A stretch of 64,000 nucleotides of DNA from an uncultured Pelagibacteraceae bacterium. Its GTDB lineage: Bacteria > Pseudomonadota > Alphaproteobacteria > Pelagibacterales > AG-422-B15. Where the stretch lies: NCBI GenBank assembly GCA_902517885.1, contig CABYDZ010000002.1:71805-135804 (forward strand), read 5' to 3'. Both the position numbers and the translations under genes were made by a program. Shown here in pieces: positions 11,643 through 21,945 of the stretch (the first letter of the stretch is position 1; each line of letters starts with the position of its first letter). The notes under the pieces are model-generated. The model saw nothing but the letters and a program-made list of their open reading frames with translations. It was not told the DNA's origin and searched no databases.

Positions 11643-13304
11643 ATGAGTATTATAAGATTACTCTCTTTCATCTTAATATTAATTCTATCTTTCAGCTCAG
11701 CGAATGCCGCTAAAACAAATTTACCAAAAATAGGTGATTATTTAGTTGCAAACATATCAAGTAATTCAAATGATTATAAAATAACCAAAAGGTATTATCA
11801 AAAATTACACCGATCAAACCCAAATGATTTATTAGCTTTAGATCGATTACTACTTCTTAGTATCTTAGATGGTGACTTGTACAGCGCCAATAACTATTCA
11901 TTTAAATTAGCTCAGGCAGGTTGTGATAAAAAAGTAAACTCATGCTGCATGAACAATCAGTCACCTCAGGGTCATCTCGTAAATGGCATTTCATATTTAA
12001 ACTCTTACAAGCAAGGTTTTGCTGATCAGAGTTTTGCCAGTATATGGAGAGGAGAAATATCAGACAGTACTTTTGTTAGGCTTTTAAGGGCCTGGGTTTG
12101 GGCCGATAGTCCCTCTCTTGATAAGAGCATGGCATTGATCGACCTGATATCATCTGATGATCATCAATATCTTACCTTGGTTCATAAGGCTCTCATATAT
12201 GACTTTGCAGATGAGATTGAGTTAGCAGAAATTTTTTATGAGCAATCACTGTCTATGCAAAACGATCTTTATGTAATGCAGTTATATTTAAATTTTTTGA
12301 ACAGAAATAATCTTGTAAAAGAAAAAAATAATTTTGTAAGTGAATATTTGTCTGATTATGATGATGCTTTTATAGAGAAGTTTACTAAATCCAATAATAA
12401 TCGAATTATTCAGAATCCATTGCAGGGAATTGGTATTGTTTTATTCAACGCACAATCATTAATCCAAAACGTTAATCAAGAATTGTCCCATATGTTGTTT
12501 CAATTGGCCTTAGAGACATCACCTAATATGCATGAGATAAAATATATATTTGCAACATTCTTGAGCCAAACACAAGATCAAGATAAAGCTCGAGATATCT
12601 TAAGCTTAATACCTAAAACTCATTATCTAGGACATTTTGCAGCAATTCAAATATCGGAAACATATAGTTATGAAGATGAAAGTGCAAAAGCTATCAATAA
12701 CTTAAAAAACTTTTCAGAAAGTGAAGAAAATTTTGAAATATTTTTATCACTAGGAAATTTTTATCGATACGAAAAGGATTGGGACAACGCAATTAAGTCG
12801 TATCGAGCAGCACTCGATTTAGGAGAAGCATTAGATAAAGATAACTTATGGGAAGTTTATTTTAATATTGGGATAGTTCATGAAAGAACAAAAAATTGGA
12901 AATTAGCTGAACAAAACTTTATCAATGCGTTAGAACTTTATGAAGAACAGCCAGATGTATTAAATTATTTAGGTTATTCTTATATTGATATGGATCAAAA
13001 TTTATCTACAGCCAAGGAAATGATTGAAAAGGCAATTTCTTTAAAGCCCAACGATCCTTACATTATTGATAGTCTGGCTTGGTATTATTATAAGGTTGGG
13101 CAATATGAAGATGCGCTCTCATTGCTAGAGTTTTCAATTGATATGATGCCTTATGATCCCACAGTTAATGATCATTACGGAGACGTACTTTGGATGCTTG
13201 GAAATGAAATACAAGCGAGATATTATTGGAAAAAAGCTATAGAACTGGACATTGATGAGCCTCTTCAAGAAAAGATTCATAGAAAACTACTTAAAGGAAT
13301 CTGA
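11643..13304 (+). CDS. secreted TPR-repeat protein
   Basis: It has a signal peptide (LILILSFSSANA) and several TPR-like repeats in the C-terminal half (W..A...Y..AL..). It lies upstream of ispE. Confidence 0.7.
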   Translation: MSIIRLLSFILILILSFSSANAAKTNLPKIGDYLVANISSNSNDYKITKRYYQKLHRSNPNDLLALDRLLLLSILDGDLYSANNYSFKLAQAGCDKKVNSCCMNNQSPQGHLVNGISYLNSYKQGFADQSFASIWRGEISDSTFVRLLRAWVWADSPSLDKSMALIDLISSDDHQYLTLVHKALIYDFADEIELAEIFYEQSLSMQNDLYVMQLYLNFLNRNNLVKEKNNFVSEYLSDYDDAFIEKFTKSNNNRIIQNPLQGIGIVLFNAQSLIQNVNQELSHMLFQLALETSPNMHEIKYIFATFLSQTQDQDKARDILSLIPKTHYLGHFAAIQISETYSYEDESAKAINNLKNFSESEENFEIFLSLGNFYRYEKDWDNAIKSYRAALDLGEALDKDNLWEVYFNIGIVHERTKNWKLAEQNFINALELYEEQPDVLNYLGYSYIDMDQNLSTAKEMIEKAISLKPNDPYIIDSLAWYYYKVGQYEDALSLLEFSIDMMPYDPTVNDHYGDVLWMLGNEIQARYYWKKAIELDIDEPLQEKIHRKLLKGI

Positions 13305-13309
13305 TATCA

Positions 13310-14146
13310 TTGCACACGCATACATTACAATCATACGCAAAAATTAATTTATTTCTTGAAGTAATTAAAAAACTTAAAAATGGTTATCACGATTTATCTT
13401 CTATTATCACAAGAATAAGTATTTCCGATAAAATTAAAATTGATACAGCAGCTGATTTTTCTGTGAAATTTATAGGACCCTTTTGCTCGCAAGTAAATCA
13501 AGAAAGCAATATTCATACTTTGTTTCAATTCCTATTAGATAATAATTTTATCAACCATAGTAATTACGCAATTCTTATTGATAAACAAATACCAGTTGGC
13601 TCTGGATTGGGAGGTGGATCCTCAAATGTTGCCGAAATTCTAAAGTACTTAATGAGCGTGGGCGCTTTATCAAAATCACAATGTTTATTAGCTGCAAAAG
13701 AACTCGGTTCTGACATTGAATTTTTTTTAGATGAAGGTTCAGCATTAATTACTGGCACAGGTTCTGTTAAAAAAAGAATAAAATTATTCTCAGATAAAAT
13801 TTTTCTCCTAATTTACCCACAAATTTTAATGAGTACGAAAATAATTTTTGAGCAGCATCAAATATTGAGTAAGAGTAATTTCCTTTACGAGGGCCAAAAA
13901 CAAATTAGTGATATATTGCAGGAAACCTCAAATGATCTCGAGAAGACTGCTCTAACTCTTCATCAAGAAACAAGAATGGTAAAGCAGTTTCTCGAAAGCG
14001 ATGAACGTTGTAATTTTACTAGAATGACAGGAAGTGGATCAGCATTTTTTGGATGTTACAATGATGAAGCTACTGCAAATAATGCTGTCACTAAAATCAA
14101 AAAACTCCATCCTAAATGGTGGACTTGCCTTGCTAGAATAATATAA
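13310..14146 (+). CDS. ispE: 4-diphosphocytidyl-2-C-methyl-D-erythritol kinase
   Basis: It has the GHMP kinase motif PVGSGLGGGSSNVA and a TTG start. Confidence 0.9.
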   Translation: MHTHTLQSYAKINLFLEVIKKLKNGYHDLSSIITRISISDKIKIDTAADFSVKFIGPFCSQVNQESNIHTLFQFLLDNNFINHSNYAILIDKQIPVGSGLGGGSSNVAEILKYLMSVGALSKSQCLLAAKELGSDIEFFLDEGSALITGTGSVKKRIKLFSDKIFLLIYPQILMSTKIIFEQHQILSKSNFLYEGQKQISDILQETSNDLEKTALTLHQETRMVKQFLESDERCNFTRMTGSGSAFFGCYNDEATANNAVTKIKKLHPKWWTCLARII

Positions 14147-14189
14147 TCATTGCAAAATCTATTTGTTAAACTAAATAATGTATGAGTGT

Positions 14190-14264
14190 TGGGGCGTGGC
14201 CAAGCGGTAAGGCACCGCTTTTTGGTAGCGGCATTCGGAGGTTCGAATCCTCCCGCCCCAGCCA
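14190..14264 (+). tRNA. tRNA-Gln (UUG)
   Basis: It folds as a cloverleaf by hand: acceptor TGGGGCG/CGCCCCA, anticodon stem CCGCT/AGCGG with loop TTTTGGT (anticodon TTG), T arm GGAGG-TTCGAAT-CCTCC. The CCA end is encoded. Confidence 0.92.
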
Positions 14265-14276
14265 AGGAAAAAAAAT

Positions 14277-14828
14277 ATGAGCAACTTTTTAAACAAATAT
14301 AAATCTGTATATGATGTGTTTTTAGATAACTGGAGTTATCAATCACATTTTGTCTTTTACCTTGAGGCCTTAATGCGCCAACAAACATTACTGCCCACTT
14401 ATATTAAAGAAATGATCTTTGCCTACATATCTGGCCTCAATGGATGCCAATATTGTAAAAATATCCACGCTGAAATATCTAAGAAATTATTAAGAGACGC
14501 AAATGATGAACAGCCACTTCTAGATATTGAAAATGCTGGTATAGAAGAAAAGTATAAACCAATTTTGAAGCTAGCTCATAAAGTCAATGCGGATATAAAA
14601 TCAATAGTTGATGAGGATGTAGATCAAATACTTCAATACGACTTCGACGAACAGGTAATTTCAGAAATTATTTCAATATGTGGTGCCGCACAATTTATGA
14701 ATACAGTAGTGGTAGCTCATCAGATAAAACCTCTCGACGACGTTCAAAATATCGGCTCTGCAAAGATGATGATAGAAAAAGGTTATGATGGACTCGCTGA
14801 ATATATGATATCAAAAAGAAATAAATAA
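14277..14828 (+). CDS. AhpD-like / carboxymuconolactone decarboxylase family protein
   Basis: It has a CxxC motif in the context LNGCQYCKNIHAE that is typical of the AhpD-like family. A good SD (AAGGA) precedes the start. Confidence 0.65.
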   Translation: MSNFLNKYKSVYDVFLDNWSYQSHFVFYLEALMRQQTLLPTYIKEMIFAYISGLNGCQYCKNIHAEISKKLLRDANDEQPLLDIENAGIEEKYKPILKLAHKVNADIKSIVDEDVDQILQYDFDEQVISEIISICGAAQFMNTVVVAHQIKPLDDVQNIGSAKMMIEKGYDGLAEYMISKRNK

Positions 14829-15203
14829 TCAGGCTATTCGTAATAAACTCATTCCTAAGAAAAAGGCTCCAACTGTTAGAGTGAACGTTCCAATTATATA
14901 TAAAATTGAAATCAAAATACTACCATTTTGAATTAGCTCAAAAATATCCACATTAAAAGAAGAGAAAGTAGTAAAGCCCCCCAAGAATCCAATAGTTATG
15001 AACATTTTAAGATTTTCAGAAATATTAATTTTAGCTGCGAAGTAGCTCCATGCCAAACCAATAAGAAATGCACCTATAACATTCACTGTGAGAGTTCCAT
15101 AAGGAAAAGAACTTACAAACGATTTATTAATTTGTTCTATAAGAACATATCTAGTAAGCGCTCCTATACCACCACCAATAAATATTGAAATAAATAAACT
15201 CAT
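14829..15203 (-). CDS. crcB: fluoride channel CrcB/FluC
   Basis: This 124-aa protein has four TM helices and the GFLGGFTTFSSF motif. Confidence 0.9.
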   Translation of the reverse strand: MSLFISIFIGGGIGALTRYVLIEQINKSFVSSFPYGTLTVNVIGAFLIGLAWSYFAAKINISENLKMFITIGFLGGFTTFSSFNVDIFELIQNGSILISILYIIGTFTLTVGAFFLGMSLLRIA

Positions 15204-16051
15204 TAATCTTTTATGCCTACCAGATGAGTTAAAATTCCAAAGTGATCACTGGGATAAATATCATTTGATTTATTTCCTATTAGGCAACTTTTTACAGGTT
15301 GGCCCAAACCTTTAGGCCCTGCTTTTGAAGAAAATATATAATCAATTCTTCGGTCATACTCTAGAGTTTTCATTGCCCATTTATTTTCATTGGACCATGT
15401 ATAACCTGGTTCACCTATATTTGTGAGGTTCCAAACGTCTCTGAGAACTGTTTCATTGATGGGCTTTTTGTGCCCAGTGATCATTTTTATTTCATCACTT
15501 TCAGGATCTGCATTAAAGTCACCACATAATAAAACTGGAAATTTAGATTTTTGCAGATGGCTTATATACTCCATTAACTCTGTAACTTGGCTTTCTCTTA
15601 CTGGTTGATGCTCGTATTTGTAGTTAAGGTGCGTACATATTACATTAATTGTAATACTGTTTTTATAGAGTAACTCAGCATGTATAAATAATTTCTTCTC
15701 ATCTTTCTTAGGGTCTGCTTTAAACATTATTACTTGATGATTTTGTATTGGATACTTTGAGATTATAGCATTTCCAAACGCAACACCGTCAAACTCAAAA
15801 GATTTTCCATAAACATATTGGTATCCAAGTATGTCAGCTATTATTTTTGCTTGGCTTTCATCTTCCTCTTCCCATACTTCCTGTAAGCACATTATATCAG
15901 CGGCTGTTTCTTGAAGCTCTGTTAAAATTAAATTTTCTCTTTCCTTATAAGATTCAAACCTCCACCATAAGTTCCAGGTCACGAGCTTAATTGTTTCACC
16001 GCTCTCTTCAATTATTTTTGCATCAGGATCAGGAAAAGATTTATCACTCAT
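15203..16051 (-). CDS. endonuclease/exonuclease/phosphatase (EEP) family protein
   Basis: It carries the EEP motifs MCLQEVW, LCGDFNA and YPSDHFG. Confidence 0.8.
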   Translation of the reverse strand: MSDKSFPDPDAKIIEESGETIKLVTWNLWWRFESYKERENLILTELQETAADIMCLQEVWEEEDESQAKIIADILGYQYVYGKSFEFDGVAFGNAIISKYPIQNHQVIMFKADPKKDEKKLFIHAELLYKNSITINVICTHLNYKYEHQPVRESQVTELMEYISHLQKSKFPVLLCGDFNADPESDEIKMITGHKKPINETVLRDVWNLTNIGEPGYTWSNENKWAMKTLEYDRRIDYIFSSKAGPKGLGQPVKSCLIGNKSNDIYPSDHFGILTHLVGIKD

Positions 16052-16055
16052 TCAG

Positions 16056-16511
16056 TTACGGAAAGGCAACCATAATCGTTTCAGCTACATAAGCTGGTTT
16101 ATCTTGACCTTCAATTTCGAGGGATACTTCGCTGATTACTTGCGTACCACCGTTATCTAATTTGTTAACTTCGTTTATTTTAGCTGACATTCTTACTTTA
16201 GAATTTACGGGCACCATGTTAATGAATCTAACTTTGTTTAAGCCATAATTTATCACCATTTTAGCGCCTGAGATAATCCATACTTGAGCGCTCAAAGGCA
16301 CTGAAAGAGAAAGGCTTAAAAATCCATGAGCAATTGTACTTTTAGTTGGCAATTCTTTTTGAGCTTTTTCTTCGTCAACATGTATCCATTGATGATCACT
16401 AGTTGCTTCAGCAAACTGATTTATTCTTTCTTGATCAATAGTCATCCACTCTGAATGACCCATTTCTTTGCCTTTGTATGACTCGATTTCATTAACATCA
16501 ACTGTCAGCAT
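16056..16511 (-). CDS. MaoC-like (R)-hydratase / hotdog-fold protein
   Basis: The 151-aa length and the segments DHQWIHVD and IAHGFL are typical of MaoC dehydratase domains. Confidence 0.8.
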   Translation of the reverse strand: MLTVDVNEIESYKGKEMGHSEWMTIDQERINQFAEATSDHQWIHVDEEKAQKELPTKSTIAHGFLSLSLSVPLSAQVWIISGAKMVINYGLNKVRFINMVPVNSKVRMSAKINEVNKLDNGGTQVISEVSLEIEGQDKPAYVAETIMVAFP

Positions 16512-16583
16512 AATATATCTCCCAATTCGTAATTTTTAATTGTAAAATCATAACGAAAATAAGCTAATAATAGAAGTTTTATA

Positions 16584-17072
16584 ATGGAAAATATTCGACG
16601 AACTAAACCTGATGATGAAATAAATATATCTAGTTTGCTGGATGAAGCATTTGGACCAGGAAGATTAGCAAGATCTGTATATCGTTTGAGAGAAATAAGA
16701 CCTTTCATTGATGAATTTTCATACGTCTACTTGAATGAGTCAAAAATTGCCGCAAGCATTAGTTATAGTGAAACGTATATAAACAATTTATTTAAGGGAC
16801 TTTTACTAGGCCCCCTAGCAGTCAGTCCTTCCTTAAAAGGCAAGGGTCATGGTAAAGAATTAGTAAAATACACAATTAATCAAATAGAATTGAGCAATAT
16901 TTATGACTTTATCATTGTTGTCGGTGACTTAGATTATTATTCAAAATTTAAATTCAATAAAGTTGAGAAGAACTTAGAATTTTATGGTCCTGTAGATAAG
17001 GATAAAGTTTTGATAAAATTGATTGGCACAAAAATAAATATAAATGATATTGAGCAGTATAAATTTACGTAG
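16584..17072 (+). CDS. GNAT family N-acetyltransferase
   Basis: It has an acetyl-CoA binding segment (LAVSPSLKGKGHGKELV). Confidence 0.75.
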   Translation: MENIRRTKPDDEINISSLLDEAFGPGRLARSVYRLREIRPFIDEFSYVYLNESKIAASISYSETYINNLFKGLLLGPLAVSPSLKGKGHGKELVKYTINQIELSNIYDFIIVVGDLDYYSKFKFNKVEKNLEFYGPVDKDKVLIKLIGTKININDIEQYKFT

Positions 17073-17081
17073 AAAAAAATA

Positions 17082-17663
17082 ATGAGTGATGATCCAGTAA
17101 ACTTGAAGGGTATAGAAACAATCTATAGTTTCAGTAAATCAAATAAGAAATCTCTTCCTCCAATTGAAAAATGGAACCCTCCGTTTTGTGGAGATATTGA
17201 TATGACAATTTCTAAATCTGGAAAATGGTATTACATGGGATCAGAAATTAAAAGACCTGCCATGGTCAAATTATTTTCAGGTATTCTTAGATTAGAGTCT
17301 GACAATTCATACTATTTGGTTACTCCAGTTGAAAAAGTAAGAATTCAAGTCGAAGATGCGCCTTTTGTAGCGGTAGCAATAACAAAAGAGCAAAGTGAAG
17401 GAATGAATACAGTAACTTTTCGGACCAATCTTAATGATGAAATTGTTCTTTCAAAAGAGAATCCATTATCAATTGAAATAAAGAAAAATGATGAACCCTC
17501 TCCATACATAACAGTTCGTAATAATTTAAGAGCGCTTATTTCTCGATCAGTTTTTTATGAATTAGTAGACTTAGCTGAGACTATACTAATTGATGGTGTG
17601 CCGTACTTAGCGATAAAAAGCAAGGGGGAAATTTTTAAAATTCATAAAGTAGAAGATTTATGA
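17082..17663 (+). CDS. DUF1285 family protein
   Basis: The WNPPFCGDIDMTISKSGKWYYMGSEIKRPAMVKLFSGIL pattern matches DUF1285. It lies upstream of a CoA-pyrophosphatase NUDIX gene, as is conserved in Alphaproteobacteria. Confidence 0.7.
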   Translation: MSDDPVNLKGIETIYSFSKSNKKSLPPIEKWNPPFCGDIDMTISKSGKWYYMGSEIKRPAMVKLFSGILRLESDNSYYLVTPVEKVRIQVEDAPFVAVAITKEQSEGMNTVTFRTNLNDEIVLSKENPLSIEIKKNDEPSPYITVRNNLRALISRSVFYELVDLAETILIDGVPYLAIKSKGEIFKIHKVEDL

Positions 17664-18298
17664 TCGAAATTTCTCAATTGAGAAAGCTTTTTAAAGGGCC
17701 TGAAATAATATCACACAAATATTTTGACCAATTAACTGATGATTTGATTACAAGAGCGCATCATCCGTTGGCAAAACTTAAAAAAGAAAGTTACAATTTG
17801 ATACCGTCCGCAGTTTTAGTGCCAATTATTTATGAAGAAGACAATGTAAAGATATTGCTTACAAAAAGACCTACAAATCTTAAAGATCATGCAGGTCAAA
17901 TAAGTTTTCCAGGAGGTAAAATTGAGACAGGCGATTTAACTCCTATAGAAACCTCTCTAAGGGAAGCGTCAGAGGAAGTTGGGCTTTCTAGAGAACAAGT
18001 TGAAGTGTTGGGAAATCTTGATGTTTACGTAACAGGAACTGGCTTCAGAATATTACCAATTGTTTCTGTAATTAAAGATTATTCGTCACTAAAAATTAAT
18101 AAAAGTGAAGTAGATGAGGTCTTTTATTTGCCTTTAGAATTTCTTATGAATAAAAATAACCATCTGGAGGAAAGTGCGACTTACAGTCATGGCAATGAAA
18201 AATATGATTATGTTTATAGTGTTTTACCTTACGAAAACTATAGAATTTGGGGGGCAACAGCGGGAATGTTAATAAATCTTTATCAAATTTTAAAATAA
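17660..18298 (+). CDS. NUDIX hydrolase, CoA pyrophosphatase type
   Basis: It has a NUDIX box (GGKIETGDLTPIETSLREASEEVGL) preceded by the FPGG context typical of CoA pyrophosphatases. Confidence 0.82.
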   Translation: MIEISQLRKLFKGPEIISHKYFDQLTDDLITRAHHPLAKLKKESYNLIPSAVLVPIIYEEDNVKILLTKRPTNLKDHAGQISFPGGKIETGDLTPIETSLREASEEVGLSREQVEVLGNLDVYVTGTGFRILPIVSVIKDYSSLKINKSEVDEVFYLPLEFLMNKNNHLEESATYSHGNEKYDYVYSVLPYENYRIWGATAGMLINLYQILK

Positions 18299-18316
18299 TA
18301 TAAATATGCTCTTGCT

Positions 18317-19549
18317 ATGAGCAATTATTCTTCCCTAATTTCATCTGAAGAAGTTAGTCAAATATTCAGAATTTTTGAAACTTTTAAAAAGAACAGCATT
18401 TTTCTTGTTGGTGGTTGTATCAGAGATGCAATTTTGCAAAAAGATGTTACTGACATTGATTTTGCAACATCGTTGACTCCCGATGAAACAACTAACTTGC
18501 TTGATCAAAGTAATATTCAGTCTGTGGATGTAGGTAAGAAATATGGCACTGTTACTGCGATAATAAATCAGAAAAAATATGAGATCACATCTTTTAGAAA
18601 AGATATTTCAACTGATGGTAGACATGCAACAGTTACATTTACCAATGACATGAAGGAAGATGCTCAAAGAAGAGATTTCACCTTTAATGCTCTCTATGTC
18701 GATAGTAACGGAAAAATATTTGATTTCTATAATGGCCAAGAGGATTTGAAGAATGGCAATGTTATTTTTATTGGAGATCCAAATAAAAGAATTAAAGAAG
18801 ATTACCTTAGGATTCTGCGATACTTTCGCTTCTTTGCACTTTTTGAAAATAGCGATATTGATCCTGATTTACAAAAAGTATTTACGGTCAATAATGCTCA
18901 CTTATCAAATATCTCCAATGAACGGAAATGGTATGAATTTAAAGAAATTTTGAAATTAAAAACACCTCATAATTCACTTCATATGATGGAGAGTGTGGGA
19001 ATATTGAAAACTCATTTCGAAGGAGCTTTACTGGATGAAAACTTTAAAAACTTAATTGAAATTGAATCAAGAATTGGCGCCGTACCTAATCCGATAATTA
19101 GGTTAAGCACACTTATAGGAAGTTCACTTGAAAAAACAAACCATTTTATTAATAGCTTTCCATTATCTAAGACAGATTCAACAGAGTTACTGAAATTATC
19201 AAGTCTAAATAAAAAAATTGTTTCATACCTATCAATGAAAGAAGTTCGCTACTTATTGTATAAGCTTGGTAAAACTGAATTTCAAAATCAGATTATAATA
19301 AATTGGTCTCGAGATACTCAAAATAAGAATGAAGTTAACTGGAGATCTTTGTATGAAGTTGCGGATAACTGGACCAAACCTGATTTTGGAATTTCACCCA
19401 AAGACATTATAAACATGGGGATAGAGCAGGGACCAATGGTTGGAAGAATAATGTCTGAAGTTGAAGATTGGTGGGCCGAAAATGACTTTATCGATGATAA
19501 GTTTTCTCTTATAGAGCGCTTGAAAGCGATTGTGCAGGCTCAAAAGTAA
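18317..19549 (+). CDS. cca: CCA-adding tRNA nucleotidyltransferase / poly(A) polymerase family
   Basis: It has the GGCIRD and DIDFAT motifs of class II nucleotidyltransferases. Confidence 0.85.
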   Translation: MSNYSSLISSEEVSQIFRIFETFKKNSIFLVGGCIRDAILQKDVTDIDFATSLTPDETTNLLDQSNIQSVDVGKKYGTVTAIINQKKYEITSFRKDISTDGRHATVTFTNDMKEDAQRRDFTFNALYVDSNGKIFDFYNGQEDLKNGNVIFIGDPNKRIKEDYLRILRYFRFFALFENSDIDPDLQKVFTVNNAHLSNISNERKWYEFKEILKLKTPHNSLHMMESVGILKTHFEGALLDENFKNLIEIESRIGAVPNPIIRLSTLIGSSLEKTNHFINSFPLSKTDSTELLKLSSLNKKIVSYLSMKEVRYLLYKLGKTEFQNQIIINWSRDTQNKNEVNWRSLYEVADNWTKPDFGISPKDIINMGIEQGPMVGRIMSEVEDWWAENDFIDDKFSLIERLKAIVQAQK

Positions 19550-19557
19550 AAATTCTT

Positions 19558-20037
19558 TTATTTAAATTCAACTTTTTTAATATCGTAATTCTTTTCACCT
19601 TTTGGTGTTGTCACGGTAACAAAATCTCCTTTTTCTTTTCCAATAAGTGCTCTCGCTACAGGTGACTTATAGGACAATAAGCCTGACTCAATATCTGCTT
19701 CATCATCACCAACAATTTGAAATTTTGTTTTAGATTCATCATCTAAATCTGACAACTCAACAGTTGCTCCAAAAACAACTGTCTTCTGAGACTTTGGAAT
19801 ATTATCAAGATCTATTATTTCAGCATTAGAGAGCATAAGTTGAATTTCTTGAATACGTCCTTCAATGTGACCTTGCTCTTCTTTGGCGGCATGATATTCA
19901 GCGTTTTCTTTTAAGTCACCATGCTCCCTTGCTTCAGCTATGGCTTGTATTACCTTTTGACGCTTATTATTAATAAGATCATTCAATTCATCTTGAAGTT
20001 TTTTTGCGCCTGCTACTGTAATTGGCTCTGTATCCAT
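19558..20037 (-). CDS. greA: transcription elongation factor GreA
   Basis: This 159-aa protein has an N-terminal coiled coil with the acidic tip (GDLKENAEYHAAKEEQ). The C-terminal domain is FKBP-like. Confidence 0.95.
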   Translation of the reverse strand: MDTEPITVAGAKKLQDELNDLINNKRQKVIQAIAEAREHGDLKENAEYHAAKEEQGHIEGRIQEIQLMLSNAEIIDLDNIPKSQKTVVFGATVELSDLDDESKTKFQIVGDDEADIESGLLSYKSPVARALIGKEKGDFVTVTTPKGEKNYDIKKVEFK

Positions 20038-20043
20038 TTCTAT

Positions 20044-20850
20044 TTACTTCCACTTTGCATTAGGTGGCATTGACATTAAAATCGCATCAATATTACCGCC
20101 ACTATTTAGTCCAAATTTAGTTCCTCGGTCGTACAAAAGATTATATTCTACGTAACGGCCTCGTTTCAACAACTGAATTTCTTTCTGTTTTTTTGTAAAT
20201 TTTTCAAACATTTTCCTACGAACAACATCTTTAATAATTTCAACAAAGGTTAAGCCTACGTCTTTTACAAAATCAAAATCATTATCCCAATCATCCATTT
20301 TGTAATCGAAGAAAATACCGCCGATACCTCTTATCTCTTTTCTATGCGGCATATAAAAGTACTCATCGCACCATTTTTTATATTTAGGATAATAATTCTT
20401 GCTGTGCTTGTCACATGTATTTTTAAGTTTGGAGTGAAAGTTCTTTTTTAGAATTTTGTCTTCTAAGCATGGCGTAGCGTCAATTCCTCCCCCAAACCAA
20501 CTTTTGCTGGTAATAATATGTCGCGTATTAAAGTGCAGTGCTGGAACTTTTGGATTTACTGGATGGAGCACCACTGAAACACCTGATGACCAGAAATTAT
20601 TATTTTTTTCAGTGCCGGGTATTTGCTTTGCAAAGTCTTTTGGAAATTTCCCAACAACGTTTGAAAATGCAACGCCACCTTTTTCAATTACATCACCTTC
20701 AATAATTCTATACTCTCCCTTTGACCATTTATTCTTCTTAAACTTAGCGGTTGATCCATATTCTTTTTCAAGCTCAAGAACTGCCTTACATATTAAATTT
20801 TGAAGTTCTATAAACCAGTCTTTACAAATCTTTTTATTATTATTTTTCAT
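20044..20850 (-). CDS. hemF: oxygen-dependent coproporphyrinogen III oxidase
   Basis: The conserved segments VLHPVNPKVPALHFNTR, WFGGGIDATP, RGIGGIFFD and GRYVEYNLLYDRGTKFGL are present. Confidence 0.93.
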   Translation of the reverse strand: MKNNNKKICKDWFIELQNLICKAVLELEKEYGSTAKFKKNKWSKGEYRIIEGDVIEKGGVAFSNVVGKFPKDFAKQIPGTEKNNNFWSSGVSVVLHPVNPKVPALHFNTRHIITSKSWFGGGIDATPCLEDKILKKNFHSKLKNTCDKHSKNYYPKYKKWCDEYFYMPHRKEIRGIGGIFFDYKMDDWDNDFDFVKDVGLTFVEIIKDVVRRKMFEKFTKKQKEIQLLKRGRYVEYNLLYDRGTKFGLNSGGNIDAILMSMPPNAKWK

Positions 20851-20851
20851 A

Positions 20852-21295
20852 CTATATTATTTTTAACTGCCTTATGGCTTCCGAAATTACTATCGCAGAT
20901 GATGTGGCTACATTGAGTGATCTCGCTCCAGCTTTCATATTTATCTTAAGAACCTCATCTGAATCTTGATGAACGTATTCTGGCACACCTGCACTTTCTC
21001 TTCCTACGATTAGATTGTCTGATTGATTAAAGCTATAATCATAATGAGATTTACTTCCTTTCGTTGAAAGTAATATTTTTCTTCCATTTCTTTTTTTCAT
21101 GTAATCTTTCCAATCATCAAACTCGCTTATCTTCACATTTTTTATATAGTCCATTGCAACACGATTTAGTGATTTTTCAGACAAAACAAATGATGCAGGA
21201 TGAATAATATCGATATCCACATCAAAACATGAGCAAATACGAATCATAGCACCAGTATTTTGAGGAATATCAGGTTCAAATATCGCTAAATTCAA
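20852..21295 (-). CDS. trmL: SpoU-family tRNA 2'-O-methyltransferase (TrmL-like)
   Basis: The N-terminus is IFEPDIPQNTGAMIRIC and the C-terminal knot motif is SLNVATSSAIVISEA. It has a TTG start. Confidence 0.85.
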   Translation of the reverse strand: MNLAIFEPDIPQNTGAMIRICSCFDVDIDIIHPASFVLSEKSLNRVAMDYIKNVKISEFDDWKDYMKKRNGRKILLSTKGSKSHYDYSFNQSDNLIVGRESAGVPEYVHQDSDEVLKINMKAGARSLNVATSSAIVISEAIRQLKII

Positions 21296-21430
21296 TTTTA
21301 AATTTACCCTTCTAGATTTTTAGAGAAATATGCGTCATCTTGACCCAATTTATCCTTCAATTGCTTATTTTATTTCGCATAAAAATGCTTATTTTAGAGT
21401 ATATTAGCAATTAAATATTGGGAAGAAAAT

Positions 21431-21940
21431 TTGTCAGACAAACCTGTTACAAGAAGAAACTTTTTGTACATCACAACCGGAACATTTACTGCTGCTGGAG
21501 CTGCTTCATTGATATGGCCTTTTGTAGATCAAATGAATCCAGATGCATCAGTAAAAGCTCTGGCTTCAACGGAAGTTGACTTAAGACCCATTGCTCCAGG
21601 TCAAAGCATTACTGTTTTGTGGAGAGGTAAGCCTGTTTTTATTAGAAGAAGGACACCTGAAGAGATTTCAGAAGCTAAAGCTGTATCTCTCGATGACTTA
21701 CCGGATCCTCAAGATGATGCCGATAGAGCTATAAATCCAGAGTGGTTGGTAATGGTAGGAATATGTACTCACTTAGGGTGTATTCCACTTGGTCAAAAAG
21801 GAGAATATAACGGTTGGTTCTGTCCATGCCATGGTTCACACTATGATACATCTGGTAGAATAAGAAAAGGTCCAGCCCCTACCAATTTGGAAATTCCCGA
21901 CTATGTATTTCTTAATGATAACACTATTAAAATTGGATAA
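21431..21940 (+). CDS. petA: ubiquinol-cytochrome c reductase Rieske iron-sulfur subunit
   Basis: It has a Tat signal (TRRNFL) and the Rieske boxes CTHLGC and CPCHGS. It has a TTG start. Confidence 0.95.
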   Translation: MSDKPVTRRNFLYITTGTFTAAGAASLIWPFVDQMNPDASVKALASTEVDLRPIAPGQSITVLWRGKPVFIRRRTPEEISEAKAVSLDDLPDPQDDADRAINPEWLVMVGICTHLGCIPLGQKGEYNGWFCPCHGSHYDTSGRIRKGPAPTNLEIPDYVFLNDNTIKIG

Positions 21941-21945
21941 ATAAC

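Noticed and set aside
14056-14388. A 110-aa minus-strand ORF spanning tRNA-Gln
   Set aside because: It runs antisense across the ispE 3' end, the tRNA-Gln gene and the AhpD-like gene start. It is not credible as coding sequence.
14829-16583. Fluoride riboswitch expected upstream of crcB
   Set aside because: The crcB start overlaps the stop of the EEP gene, so there is no leader. The 72-bp spacer upstream of the three-gene string shows no crcB-motif-like conserved sequence.
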